Of a stretch of DNA of 64,000 nucleotides, positions 52,481-64,000 are shown one piece after another. The notes under the pieces were generated by a model. It was given only the letters and a program-made list of their open reading frames with translations. It was not told the origin of the DNA and did not search any database. Made by a program: the position numbers and the translations under genes. Location: assembly GCF_044704955.1 (NCBI RefSeq), contig NC_091999.1, forward strand, positions 51,150,001 through 51,214,000. Reading direction: 5' to 3'. This stretch comes from Pristiophorus japonicus. Its lineage: Eukaryota. Position 1 is the stretch's first letter. Each line of letters starts with the position of its first letter.

Positions 52481-53886
52481 TCTCTCCTTTATTGAATTGA
52501 ATTCTTCCCCTTCCTACAAATATTATCTTGGCTTTCTGTTCCATCCCCCAGTAAGTTCCTTTAATCATACAAGTTATTAAACATTGACACTTTCCTTCAA
52601 CACCCTTAACATTAAGCCTTGTCCCCTAGTCCCATAAACCTGCGACACCCTGAATCCAAATTCTCCACAGTGGCTAAAATCTTAAATATCTTCATCAAAT
52701 CTTCCCTCCAATAGCTTTCACTATTTGCGCTAGAATAATCATCTTAATATCGAAAAATAGATTTAATTATCTGTGTTGCAGCAAAAGCAGCTCGAAATTT
52801 TCACATTTTTCATCCGTACTCTGCCCGTTCCTGGTTAGACCTTAATGAATCTATATATCTATATTCAATATTCTCTCCATAATTAGGTCATCAAACATGA
52901 GCTGAGTGTTTCAAATGTGGCGTCACTAGTGTTGTGCAGTTTCTGGGTCATTTATTATACATCATCATCATCATCACCATCCTAGAATTGCTCTATGCTC
53001 CATTCAGTCCCATTTCTGTCTCGAGTCAGTCGGAGATCAGAAGTTTCAGATGGAACCGGAAGTGCACCTGTATCGACATGCCATAGCTCACACCACAACT
53101 GTCACTGCAGGTTATTGCAGCAGCAAACTCGACCTCAAGAAATGGTTTCAACATAACCTCAACGGTTAAAAACCTGTTAAAGTTGGACGGTTGCTCAGAA
53201 AATATTTATCACGTTGAAAGGTGCGTTTAATTCATTGTATAAATAATTTTGCAGGTAAATACCAAAAAAAAAACGTCCAGGTGAACAGGTGGCAAAATAA
53301 AGATATAACAGAATTATCTAGAGGGGAGATAACGTTATTTAAATATGAGTTGTTTATTTTTCGTGAAAGTCACCCAGGACCCTAAAAATCCTGGTGCATC
53401 GCAGGAACCTAACACCAAGGAAAGCCACAATATTTATTGAAATATACCCTCTAAGTTACTCCTTTCTGCTACACTCAACTATACACCGTTTCTTACAAAG
53501 TAATTTAGTGAACTTTAATGTTTTATTTGTAAATAAACTAATTTGAAATTTCATATTTTGGAGCAGTGTTAGCGATTTCAGCAAGTTCATACTCACACAT
53601 GGAGAACGAATCACGGCAATGTAAATTGATGCCTTAGAACCATTCACTCTTTATTCTGAATAAAATCCCTGTCCTGTTTGGCCTTTGTGTGGTTGCGCTT
53701 TGTTCAGTTGGAATATTCCTTTTGTCATTGGCTGGCGACTGCCGGCCGTGCTTTCCCCAGAGATTCGCGGCACAAGTGGCGGGACACTGGAGCGCGACAA
53801 CCGACCCTCCAAAAGGGTTGTTTCAGCTGCAAATTCGTGCCAGTTTCCAGAGATTACAAATTTAATAAACGCACGGCGAAGCAGCA

Positions 53887-54288
53887 ATGCGGTTAATCGC
53901 TATCTGTGCTGTGTTTGGAGCATTACTTACAGGTAATTATTCTGAGACACGGTTTGGGGTCAAATGTGAATTTAAAAATGGTTTACTTTTTGACGTTGGT
54001 TTGCATTTAATGCAGGTCTGAGCCAGGAAATCTCTGTCAGACAGCAGCTTCCAACAGTGAGTTGGACAGAAGGAATCATTATAATCTATTTCACGACCAT
54101 GAGTGCCAATACGCCGGCAGTGAACCCGAGTTTATTGTTGTCAAGCTTTCAGGCGGTTGCCAAATAAAAGCGGATTTTGCTCAAAGCCGTTTCGCCATTG
54201 TGCTGGACACTGCCAAAGCCATCTTCATTTTAACCACCTTCAAACTGCGGCCTGCTGAAGCCGCCACCTATTACTGCGCGCTGAGTCT
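53887..54288 (+). pseudogene. TRAV: TCR alpha/delta-type V pseudogene (V2): leader 53887-53932, V exon 54016-54288
   Basis: Leader MRLIAICAVFGALLT, 83-nt gt-ag intron. A frameshifting deletion after SWTEG removes C23 and W41; the 3' half reads EPEFIV...KADFAQSRF...AATYYCAL. Confidence 0.85.
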
Positions 54289-54327
54289 CAGAATGGTGGG
54301 AACCAGTCAGACCCACGTACAAAAACT
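54289..54327 (+). other. Defective 23-RSS of V2
   Basis: CAGAATG (CAC broken) + 23 nt + ACAAAAACT. Confidence 0.8.
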
Positions 54328-56149
54328 AGCTGGATGTGTGTGCCCTGGAGATAATCCTTATTTTGGGCTGTGCAGACTGGCAGTGAGAGGAAACAGTGCT
54401 CGGCACACGGTGTGATCTGAGTCTCACAGGGAAAACATATTACAGCGACTCAGAAACATTCTGACTGCAAATCGTCCCAAAACCCCACAAAGTAACCATA
54501 GGTGACCTGGAGATAGGATCGGGTTCGATTTCCTTTTCTGTTTCCGATGTAAACATGGAATTAATATCTCTGTGCGTTATTTCTAGCGAAATGGAAACAG
54601 ATGTGTTAATGCAAGTAAACAGTTTATTTGATATTAATTTCCTTATATTCATTCTTGGCTTTTAACTGTTACACGAGTTATGGTGAGCCAAGTGCAGTGA
54701 ACCATTTAATTTCAAAGCGATTTCCGGCAGAGACAGCCTTTGCTAATAAGGAAGTTCATCAGAGACAAAGTCAGGCTTTCTTTGTTAGATGGCTGCCTTT
54801 AGCACCATCAATCTCTCAGCAGTGAGAGACGCGACATCTCCATAGACATGTTTTCACGGATCGTGAAGCTCCAACTCCGGATTCTGACTCCACCGAGGAC
54901 AGCTGTGTATGAAATGTGGAACGTCCCTATTGGGGCTTCTGTTCTCTGTAATTGCCTCCAGTTACATGAGTTGATTAGCATTTCAGTCAAGGTGAAAGCT
55001 TGGGGAGTGATTCTTGTTAAAACTGAAGTTTATGCCGCTAACTGACGGAGGTGAGACTATGGAACATGTGATACGCAGCAGGTCGGAAATAAAGGATTAA
55101 AAAGGAGTAAAACAGGATAGGTACATAGAATGTGACGAGGCCGGATCAGCCGTTCCCCTGAAGCTCGGGACCAGTAACGGATAAATCTCCTCTCACCTTA
55201 TTACCTTAAATGTTCTCTTAATTATATGTGTATTTTTTAATAATAATAGTTATTTTTGTATACCTAATTCACATTATTGCAAATAAATGCACCTAAGCCC
55301 TTTTTACTTGTGGAAAAAGTTATAAGCTTACAAGTGACACGATCCATTCCCTATCGCTAACAGGAAATATCTCCCACGTCTGTTATGTCTCACAAAAGGC
55401 AACCAGAGTGAACATCTCCCACACTTCATCATTTCATTTCTATTTTAAGCAATGAAAAAGAGTGTGAGGCAATTCAGGTCCAGAAGGCCTCCCACTGATA
55501 GCAGAGCCCGGGATGTCCTTACATTTCAAATAATGGGAGGAAATCTGGGGAGGGGGGCTCATTACAGGCGTGTAATTTCCCCCCGCCACCGCCACAGCCC
55601 GACATATTTTCATCTCTGCTCGCCACCCAGACAATGATTTTTGTCCAGTTGGCGATTGCTAAAATATAACTTCAAATCTCAGCGCCCTCGTGAACCAGAG
55701 AATAATTCAACTCTTCCAGTTCTTAAATATTTGGTTGCAGTAAGGAAGAGAATGGGTTCACATGTCGAGTTAAACATTGTTTAACATCTTAAACTGAAAG
55801 ATAATCGAATTTCAAAGAACATAGAAGATTCAGTCCATTGAATTTCACTGATCCATGAGTTCTCCTCCCCACTATAGAAACCAGCTTCAGAAGCAGCTCT
55901 TTAATTTTCTGTCTTTGCTACCTCCCCCCAGGAATGTTGTCACAAAATATCAATGTTTAAGGAAAGCTCCCTCCAATTGTGGTTTAAACTAATTCCTCGG
56001 ATGCACGAAATGTCGTGAATAAAAATCACTCCACGAGTGAGCATGGACCCACAGAACCGTCCGCAATTCAGCACAATCTCACACCGAATCCCCTCCCTTT
56101 CATGAACACGGAAATGCGGAAAATAATCGAAAACAATGTACTTGCTTTT

Positions 56150-57830
56150 AAAAATCATAGAATGATACAGCACAAAAGTAGGCCATTCAGTCTGTCGTGC
56201 TTTTCCGGATCTCCAATTAAGAGCTGTCCAAGTAATCCCACTCCCCTGCTCTCTCATGTAGCTCTATAATTTGTTTCGCTTCAAGCCTTTATCCAATTCT
56301 CTTTTGAATGTTACTTTTGAATCTGTTTCCACACCCTTTCAGACTGTGCATTCCAGATCACAACAACTCGCTGTTTAAAAAAGGTTTTTTATTTTGCCTC
56401 TGGTTCTTTTGCGAATCACTTAAATCTGTGTGCTATGGTTACTGACCCTTCCGCCACGGGAAAATGTTTCTCCTTATTTGCTCTATCAAAACAATTCATG
56501 ATTTTCAACATTCTATCAAATCTCCTCTTATCCTTTTCTGCTCTAAGGAGAACAAACCCAGTTTCTCCAGTCTCTCCACATAACTGAAGTTCCTCATCAG
56601 TTTCTAGTACAATTCTAGTAAATCTTTTCTGCGCCCCTCTCTAAGGCTTAATTTCTTTCCCAAAGTGCGGTACCCAGAACTGAAAATAATACTCCAGCTG
56701 AGGCCTGGCCATTGCATTATAAGAATTTAGAATAACTTTCTTGCTTTGTACTATATTCATAAGAACGTAAGAAATAAGAAATAGGAGCAGGAGTATGCCA
56801 TACCGCTCCTCCAACCTGCTCAGCCATTCACTGAGATCATGGCTGAATTTCTGCTTCAAACTCACTTCGCTTGATTCCCTTTGCATCCAAGAATCTATCG
56901 ACGTCGTAAGAACATAAGATCATAAGGATTAGGAGCCAGAATGTAGGTTATACGTCCCTTCAAGCTGGCTCTGCCATTCAATAATATCATGGCTGATCAT
57001 TTACCACAATTCCACTTTCCTGCCCCATCTCCACCACCCTTGATTCTGTTAGAGTCCAAGCATCTAACGATCTCAGCCTTGAATATACTCAACGTCCGTG
57101 AGCGTCCAAAAATCTAGCAATCGCTGTCTTGAATATACTCACCGATTGCTCATCCACAACCCTTCTGGGGATGACAATTCCAAAGACTCACAAACCTCTG
57201 AGTGAAGAAATTTCTTCTCTTCTCAGTTCTAATTGACCGACCCCTATCATGGATTTTCCTCTCGGCGAGGACTCCTGACACGTGATTTATAAAGGTTTAG
57301 CATAATTTCCTTGTCTTTGTACTCTAGTCTGGTATTAATAAAGCCAAGGATCAAAATGCTTTTTAATAGTCTTCTCAACTTGTCCTGTCACCTTCAAAGC
57401 TGTATGTACATACACAGCAAGATTGATGCGCACCCCCTTTAAAATTATACCATTTAGTTCATATTGCCTCTCCTCATTCTTCCTACGCAAAGATATCACT
57501 GCGCACTTCTCTGAGTTAAATTTCATCTGCCTTGCGTCTGCCATATCAACAGGATGTATATATCGTCCTGAAGTCTGTGTACTATCATCCTCATTGCTTA
57601 CTACTTATCCGACTTTTATATTATCTGCAAACTTTGAAATTATGGCCGCTGTACCCATTGAAATTATGCCCAATGCTCTCCAGGAAACTCTCAGCTTGCC
57701 GAATGCCGTGCCGTGATTAAAGCCGCTCTTCAAGCTCAGAAACCCTGAGCTCGACTTTGAGAATCTGGAAGCACTTCTTGTACACGCCCAGGGCACATGG
57801 AGCGACCTGCAGTTCCCATGTGGCAAAAAT
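56150..57830 (-). mobile_element. Nested CR1 fragments, including an ORF1 N-terminal remnant at about 57670-57830
   Basis: Several cataaga tails; minus-strand WEL...YKKCFQILKVELRVSELEERL*..GIRQAESFL resembles the CR1 ORF1 zinc-finger/leucine zipper. Confidence 0.7.
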
Positions 57831-58959
57831 ATCGCTGGTAATGGACCTCATTCACCACCTACAACACCACGAATATCACCTAGTCAAATATTAAATATGT
57901 GCCTTATTCCTGTAATTATTGTGTTAACATTTCGACTATAAATAATTTTAACTATATTTATAATTGAAACTTATATCAATGTAATTACACCTTCAGCCTG
58001 TGATGGTGCTGTAGCGCTTCAGTTCTGTGTTTCCCAATTCCACAGCATAGGAGAAAAACGACTCGGCTCCAGTGAACTGCACTTCCTCGCTCCAAAATAA
58101 TACCGGTCTTGCTATTTAACCACAAATAATAATAACAATAATAATTATTATTTTTATTAGATAACATGAGGGAAATTTATATCTGCGCCCCCAGGTCCAC
58201 TAATTCACTGCCCTTTAACCTGTGTCTGGAAGAATACGCTGGCCTTGATTCCACGTGGGAATGTCACTGGAGAGTCACTAGTAATAGCATGGGTATGGAG
58301 GTTACTTCCTGCAAGTGTCACGTCGACTACCGGTAAAAAGACCCCTTCAAAACTCTGTTGATAGCAGCCTAGTCCTGGTAACCAGACATGGGATGGCTGC
58401 CAAAAACCTAATTAAATATAAATCAGCTACCATGTTCAGGAGAACTAAATGCATGATTTGTAAAAGGTACAAAAAATTATTGGTCATATTTCGAGTTACT
58501 GTTGTTTTTCAATATTATACATGAAAAAAGTGGAATAAAAAGAAACCGTAGGGTAGCAATCAAACAAGCCTTAGCAATAGCTGTTGGGATGTTAGCAGAT
58601 CAATGAGCAACTTGTCGATAAAATATCTATTTGTCCATTGGATTTAATGGAAATGTTAGTCTTTTAATTTGATCCGGGTAACACTTCAATTACTCGACCA
58701 ATCCACCTACAATAACATATGGCTTGCATACAATGATATCGTTTATTTTTCCTCGAATGGTGTCACAGTACGAAATGATGAAATTGGACCACGTGGTCAG
58801 TACATGTTGATGTCAAATCAGATCGAGGTTCCACATGTGGTTTTTTTTCTGCATGATAAACCAACGAAGCATTTGAATATTATTGTCCTCGTAATATCTC
58901 TCAGTAATTCCTGCCACAATACTCTGATCGGATTGTTACCGAAGCTGTCAGTGCATAAG

Positions 58960-59014
58960 ATGCAAAGAGTGTTTCAGATGTCTATAATGCTTTATTTTCC
59001 AGTGAGCTTTACAT
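58960..59014 (+). CDS. Candidate leader exon of V3 (MQRVFQMSIMLYFPVSFT)
   Basis: 18 codons + 1, weak donor gtgtga; preceded by CRE-like and RUNX motifs. Confidence 0.35.
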
Positions 59015-59114
59015 GTGTGAGCTAACAGTGACAACTCGTGTAAAGTTACCTTATATTGTGTCCCGAGAGAGGGGTACAGATATTTATTATCATAGTTATT
59101 AATAACTTGGATTG

Positions 59115-60030
59115 TTTGTAGATGACATTAAATTACGAGGGCGAGTAAGTAGTGCAGATGTAAGGAGGACGTTGATAGATTAAATCAGTGGGAAGAACTC
59201 GAGCATATTGAAGCTAATGTGGGCAAATAAGAAGACATCCACTCTAGACCAACAAATGATGAATCGGAGTATTTTCTAAATAGTGTTAAGCTAGTTGCTG
59301 TAGAGGAGCAAAGTGATTTAGGAGTCCAAATACACAAATCATTAAAAACAACTAGACATGTACAAAGAGCAATCAAAGGGGCCAATGTAATCGAGGTCTT
59401 TATCGCGAGGGAGCTGGAATACAAAGGAAGGAAAGTCCCGCTTCTGTTGTATAAACTCTGGTTGTCTGCTTCTGGAGTAACTGCATTCAGTTCTGGGCAC
59501 CGCACCTCAGGAAAGATATACTGGCCTCGGAGCGGGTACAGCGCAGAATCACCAGAATGATACCCTCAAAGCTTCCTTGATAAAGTGCAACATCCACTCC
59601 AACACCTGGGAATACCTGGCCCAAAACCATCCGAAGTGAAGGAAGACCATCCGGGATAGCACTGAGCACCTCGTGTCTCGTCACCGAGAGCATGCAGAAA
59701 TCAACGCAGGCTGCGCAAGGAGCATGTGGCAAACCAGACTCCCAACCCACACTTTCCTTCAACCACTGTCTGTCCCACCTGTGACAGAGAATGTAATTCC
59801 CATATTGAACTGTAGAGTCCCCTGCGAACTCACTTTTAGAGTGGAAGAAAGTCTTCCTCAATTTCGAGGGACTGCCTGTGATGATGATGAATGGGTCGCA
59901 GAATATTAAATTATAAGGACAGGTTACAGAAACGTTTGTTGGATGCTAGTGAGTAAAAACAAATGCGATGTTTTAAATGTTAAGTGTATTCGATCAGTTA
60001 GATATGCAGAAACTATTTCCTCTGATTGGG
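59115..60030 (+). mobile_element. Old CR1 fragment interrupted by an RTE-like 3' end (about 59565-59890, (gat)n tail)
   Basis: CR1 QFWAPHLRKDI; insert has CPTCDR and ends gatgatgatg. Confidence 0.65.
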
Positions 60031-60110
60031 AACTGCTATGTTCCTGACATACCTTTTGGAACTGACTGGTTTTGTCTGCTTTTCTCCATTAATAAGATTG
60101 GTTGTTATAG

Positions 60111-60381
60111 GTAAAGAGGAAATTGTACGAACATTTCCGTCACAGACTCCCAGTGAAGGGAAAACCATATCGATTAACTGTCACACAACCATTTCCTTCT
60201 CTGCGATATTCTGGTGGGTCCAGCATCCAATCCAAAGCACAAAGATGGTGATGTTGGCATCGGAAAATGCTGAACATAAAGGACGATTTACAGCCGTCAG
60301 TCAAAGTTCGGAGAAGCGCAGCTCCCTGACTATCGTGGACTTACATCTGACAGACACAGCGACCTCCTTCTGTGTCGTTCA
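60111..60381 (+). CDS. TRAV: TCR alpha-type V segment (V3), open frame
   Basis: EGKTISINC, IFWWVQ, GRFTA, SSLTI, DTATSFCVV; phase-1 acceptor ttatag|GT (5' boundary approximate). Confidence 0.8.
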
Positions 60382-60420
60382 CACAGTGTGATAATGAGTG
60401 ACAGAGTGTGCACAAAAACC
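60382..60420 (+). other. Consensus 23-RSS of V3
   Basis: CACAGTG + 23 nt + ACAAAAACC. Confidence 0.95.
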
Positions 60421-60779
60421 CGGGGCTGCTTTTAGGATGGAATGTTTAGAAAGAAGATTGAATGGGATAGATTTTCACAACGTGCAATTGTATAAACACG
60501 GCGATAGCAAATCGGCAGCCCGTTTTACATTTGTGCTGATTTGTAGTTCCATTAAAAAATCGCTATCAGCGGTTTACTCTTTAGCACAATCACAGAATGT
60601 ACACAAGTGCGCGTTTATTTCAAGAATATAGCACGCTCCAAAGCGCTTTCAAATTGTTGAATTGCAATCTGAAGAACAATTACGGTTCCCTGCATGCAAG
60701 CACAGCCGATAATTTGCGGCAAGCAAGATCACAACAATAAGAACCGAGATAAATATTAGGTTCGCTTATTTTAAGGGTG

Positions 60780-62340
60780 CAGGTTCAATGGAGTAAATTC
60801 AAAACCAATCGACGGATACAATATTTCAGTGAGTGAGTGGTCAATCTGTGGAGCAGGCTCCCTAGGGAAACGATGGAAGCAGTTCGTGTTGATTCATTCA
60901 AATGCGAATTAGAGAGAATTATTTCACAGAATAAAATGTAGGACACATTATGCGAGTACTTTGAGACAAGACGTCTGGTGAATGTAGTATGCTTGGGAGG
61001 AGCAGGTGACTTTGGTCGATTGGTTGTTAAGTTATCCACCACTGAAATGTTCTTCGCCTAATGTCTATTGTAGAATCATTGATAGAGATTGATTGCTATG
61101 ATTAATCAACAACTGAATTATCGTAGTATACTTTGAGTACCAGGATGGTAGAAGGCCTATTAAATGCACCTTGGTCTTTTTCCATCTAGCGATTCATATA
61201 TTCCTATGTTCCAATGTCCATTAAGCCATAAAGCAGCCTCTTCAATATAAGAACATAAAAACATAGTAAATAGGAGCAGCAGTAGGTCATACGGCCCCTT
61301 CGAGCCTGCTCTGCCAATTAATACGATCATGGCTGAACTAATCATGGACTCAGGTCCACTTCGCTGCCCGCACCCCATAACCTCTTATTCCCTTATCGTT
61401 TAAGAAACAGTCGATTTATGTGTTAAATGTATTCAATGTCCCAGCTTCCACAGCTCTCTGAGGCAGTGAATTCCAGAGATTTACAACTCTCTAAGAGAAG
61501 AAATTTCTCCTCGTCTCAATTATAAATGGGCGGCCCCTTATTCTAATATGATGTCCTCTTGTTCTAATCTCCCCCATCAGTGGAAACATCCTCTCTGCTT
61601 CCAACTTGTCAAGCCCATTCATAACTTTATACGTTTCGATAAGATCACCTCTCACTCTTCTGAATTTCTATGAGTAGAGACCCAACCTATCAAACTTTTC
61701 TCATAAGTCAACCCCCTTATCTCCGGAATCAAACATGTGAACCTTCTCCGAACCACCGACAAAGCAATGTTATCCGTTCGTAAATATGGAAACCAAAATT
61801 ACACGCAGTATTCCCGCCGCGGCCTCACCAATACCCTGTACAGCTGTAGCAAGACTTCCCTGCTTTAAGGCTGCAGGTTGACGGGAGTACATTCAAGCCA
61901 ATACACGGAAACAATATTTCAGTGAGTGAGTGGTCAATCTGTGGGAGAAGCTGCCTATGGAAACAAAGGAAGCATTGGCCTTCCTGATCACTTGCTGTAT
62001 TTCATGCACAAGTACCCCTAGGTCCTGCTGTACTGCAGCACTTTGCAAACTTTCTCCATTTGAATAATAACTTGCTGTTTGATAGTTTTTCTGCCAAAGT
62101 GCATGACCTCACACTTTCCAACATTATACTCCATCTCCCAACTTTTTGCCCACTCACTAAGCCTGTCTATGTCCCTTTGTAGATTTTTTGTGTCCACCTC
62201 ACGCCTTCCTTTACCTCCCATCGTTGTATCGTCACCAAACCTGGCAATGTTACACTCAGTCCCTTCTTCCAAGTCGTTAATTTAGATTGTAAATAGTTGG
62301 GGTCCCAGCACTGATCCATGTGGCACCTGACTAGTTGCTG
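60780..62340. mobile_element. CR1 fragments (+ 60780-61240; - 61250-62340)
   Basis: FGDDT, KCEVMHFG, cataaaaacatag tail. Confidence 0.8.
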
Positions 62341-63288
62341 CATTTATTATACTAGCAGAATATATTACAAACCAAGATTTGAAAGAGACAGTGGAAATAT
62401 TAAAAAGGCGATTATGTACATTTCTAAAGAAAGAAGAGCTACATGAGATATGACGCAAATACAGAAGGTTGAGTTATCATTTCTGCTTTTGAAATATTTT
62501 ATTTTGCAAAATTTAGGTAAATTACAGGACAGTTCAACTATATTATTTTCTGCTGTCAGAAATGAACGTGGCCCATTTTCTATGAAGTGATATTGGGATA
62601 GGCTTTTATTTTACTCTTTGCCAGTTATACATTGCCAGAGTCCATTCAGTTCCGATATGTGTTTCTATCTAGATTCCATATATTAATACAACGACTAGAA
62701 CTTGAATGACAATGCACATGGAAAACTCTTCAGGCTCTTTGTTCTCTCAAAACAACGTTATAATGTCACAGGTTATTTTGGTAGTAATGCACCAGATCGG
62801 TTCTGACCGAACCTTTGGTGTAAAAAAATTCCTATCAGTTAAGAAGTCCGCATCAGTATTTTAATTGCTGTCCTGAACAAAAGGCAAATTCTTCAACTGG
62901 CCATTTATTTTTGTCTTAACTAATCACTGAGGTAATAATGTTCTGCTGGTCATTATTAGGGATCATGTTAACGTAACTGAAAGATGTATATTCGTGGTGT
63001 TTTTTTTGCGAAATTCTGAGAGCACTCTTAAAAATGCATTATGCTTTGGCGAAATCTAACGGAAATCGTAAACCTTGCTGGTAATAGCAACGATATCCTT
63101 CACACATAATAACCAGATGAAACATCTGTGGGTATTTCATGGAAAGCTTAGGCAATGCTTCTGCCCCCACCAATCCATCAAAAGGATTGGAATAGTCCCC
63201 GCGCTCTTTAAACACAACTACCCTTAGTCAGTACACACTAAGCTTACCTAGAGAGCTACTGTTTAAACTAGGAGTCATGTGCGTCCGA

Positions 63289-63730
63289 ATGACGCTTTGC
63301 GGTGACTCCATCCTGTTGACGCAATTATAATGTGAGTATTCAATGCAGTAAATGTTGAACAAGAATATAATATACTTGGATTGTAGCACTCTCTTGCTAT
63401 TGGTCTGTCAGTAATATTGGACATTGAAGACTCTTTAAATAGACTTGCTGGACTTGTTTCCCTTTCAGTGGTCTTCAGTCACAGAATAATTATAGTGAGT
63501 AGGAAGGATTGCCAGTTATCACCAGCACTTGTTTTTTTCACAATAGCTATATATTGGGTAAAATGGGCTAGTGTCGTTATCGAGAAGGGGATCACAGTCA
63601 GAAACCATTCCTATTGGAGGACAATTTGTTGAATCAGTCAAAAAAGAAATAAAGTTGTTTGTTTTGGAAGTGAAGGTTCTGAGAATTGAATAAGTTGCCA
63701 CATACCGATGCAAAGCTTAGAGATGGGTAG
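63289..63730 (+). pseudogene. IgNAR/NAR-TCR-type V pseudogene: leader 63289-63331, V exon from 63469
   Basis: Leader MTLCGDSILLTQL* with phase-1 gtgagt; acceptor tttcag. Reconstructed across frameshifts: VFS...EGLPVITSTCFFHNSYILGKMG*CRYREG/SQSETIPIGGQFVESVKKEIKLFVLEVKVLRIE*VATYRCKA*. Confidence 0.75.
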
Positions 63731-63809
63731 GTAAATCTCAATGAGCAGACAGCGGACTCTGCCGTCGAAAATATATCAACACAGCTGTGGCTGGATTGAT
63801 CCATCCCAA

Positions 63810-64000
63810 AAAATAAGAAATAGGAGCAGGAGTAGGTCATACGGCCCCTCGAGCCTGTTCCAGCATTCAATAAGATCATGGTGGTTTTATGACCTCGACT
63901 TCACTTTCCCGCCCTATCCCCAAAACATTTAACTCACTTAGTGCCCAAAAATCTATCTATCTCTGTCTTGAATATACTCCACGGCTGGGTATTCACAGCT
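63810..64000 (-). mobile_element. CR1 3' tail
   Basis: ataagaaataggagcaggagtagg...cccctcgagcctg. Confidence 0.8.

Noticed and set aside
54406-54444. Second heptamer CACGGTG downstream of V2
   Set aside because: No credible nonamer at 12- or 23-nt spacing.
43603-60420. V1 or V3 as NAR-TCR supporting V-delta
   Set aside because: No extra CDR1 cysteine, leader candidates exist, and no NAR V was recognised upstream of them.
63780-63814. Possible RSS (CACAGCT...CCAAAAAAT) for the NAR-type V
   Set aside because: Spacer is 19 nt, it lies about 70 nt past the Cys, and the A-run belongs to a CR1 tail.

Overview
Eukaryotic, repeat-rich (about half mobile-element-derived) vertebrate DNA. The repeat families and gene types point to a cartilaginous fish (shark); this is an inference. 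Left to right: (1) two tandem minus-strand, two-exon GPR139-like class A GPCR genes, a pseudogene (1811-5776) and an intact 323-aa gene (exon 1 23719-23788, exon 2 14781-15682); (2) a plus-strand NACHT-LRR (NLR) pseudogene (30451-36123); (3) the edge of an antigen-receptor V cluster on the plus strand. That cluster has three TCR alpha/delta-type V segments with 23-bp-spacer RSSs (about 43.6, 54.0 and 60.1 kb) and, at 63.3-63.75 kb, a decayed leader+V exon of the IgNAR/NAR-TCR type that the ORF track misses and that has no recognisable RSS. No D, J or C segments were seen. The rest is CR1, L2 and RTE-like LINE fragments, tRNA-headed SINEs with L2-like tails, TIR elements and several minisatellites, which explain the long repetitive ORFs. 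Best leads: the RSS-less NAR-type V relic, and the GPR139-like paralogs next to TCR V genes, whose intact copy has an olfactory-type homeodomain+O/E promoter motif. All calls are by eye; no database search was run.
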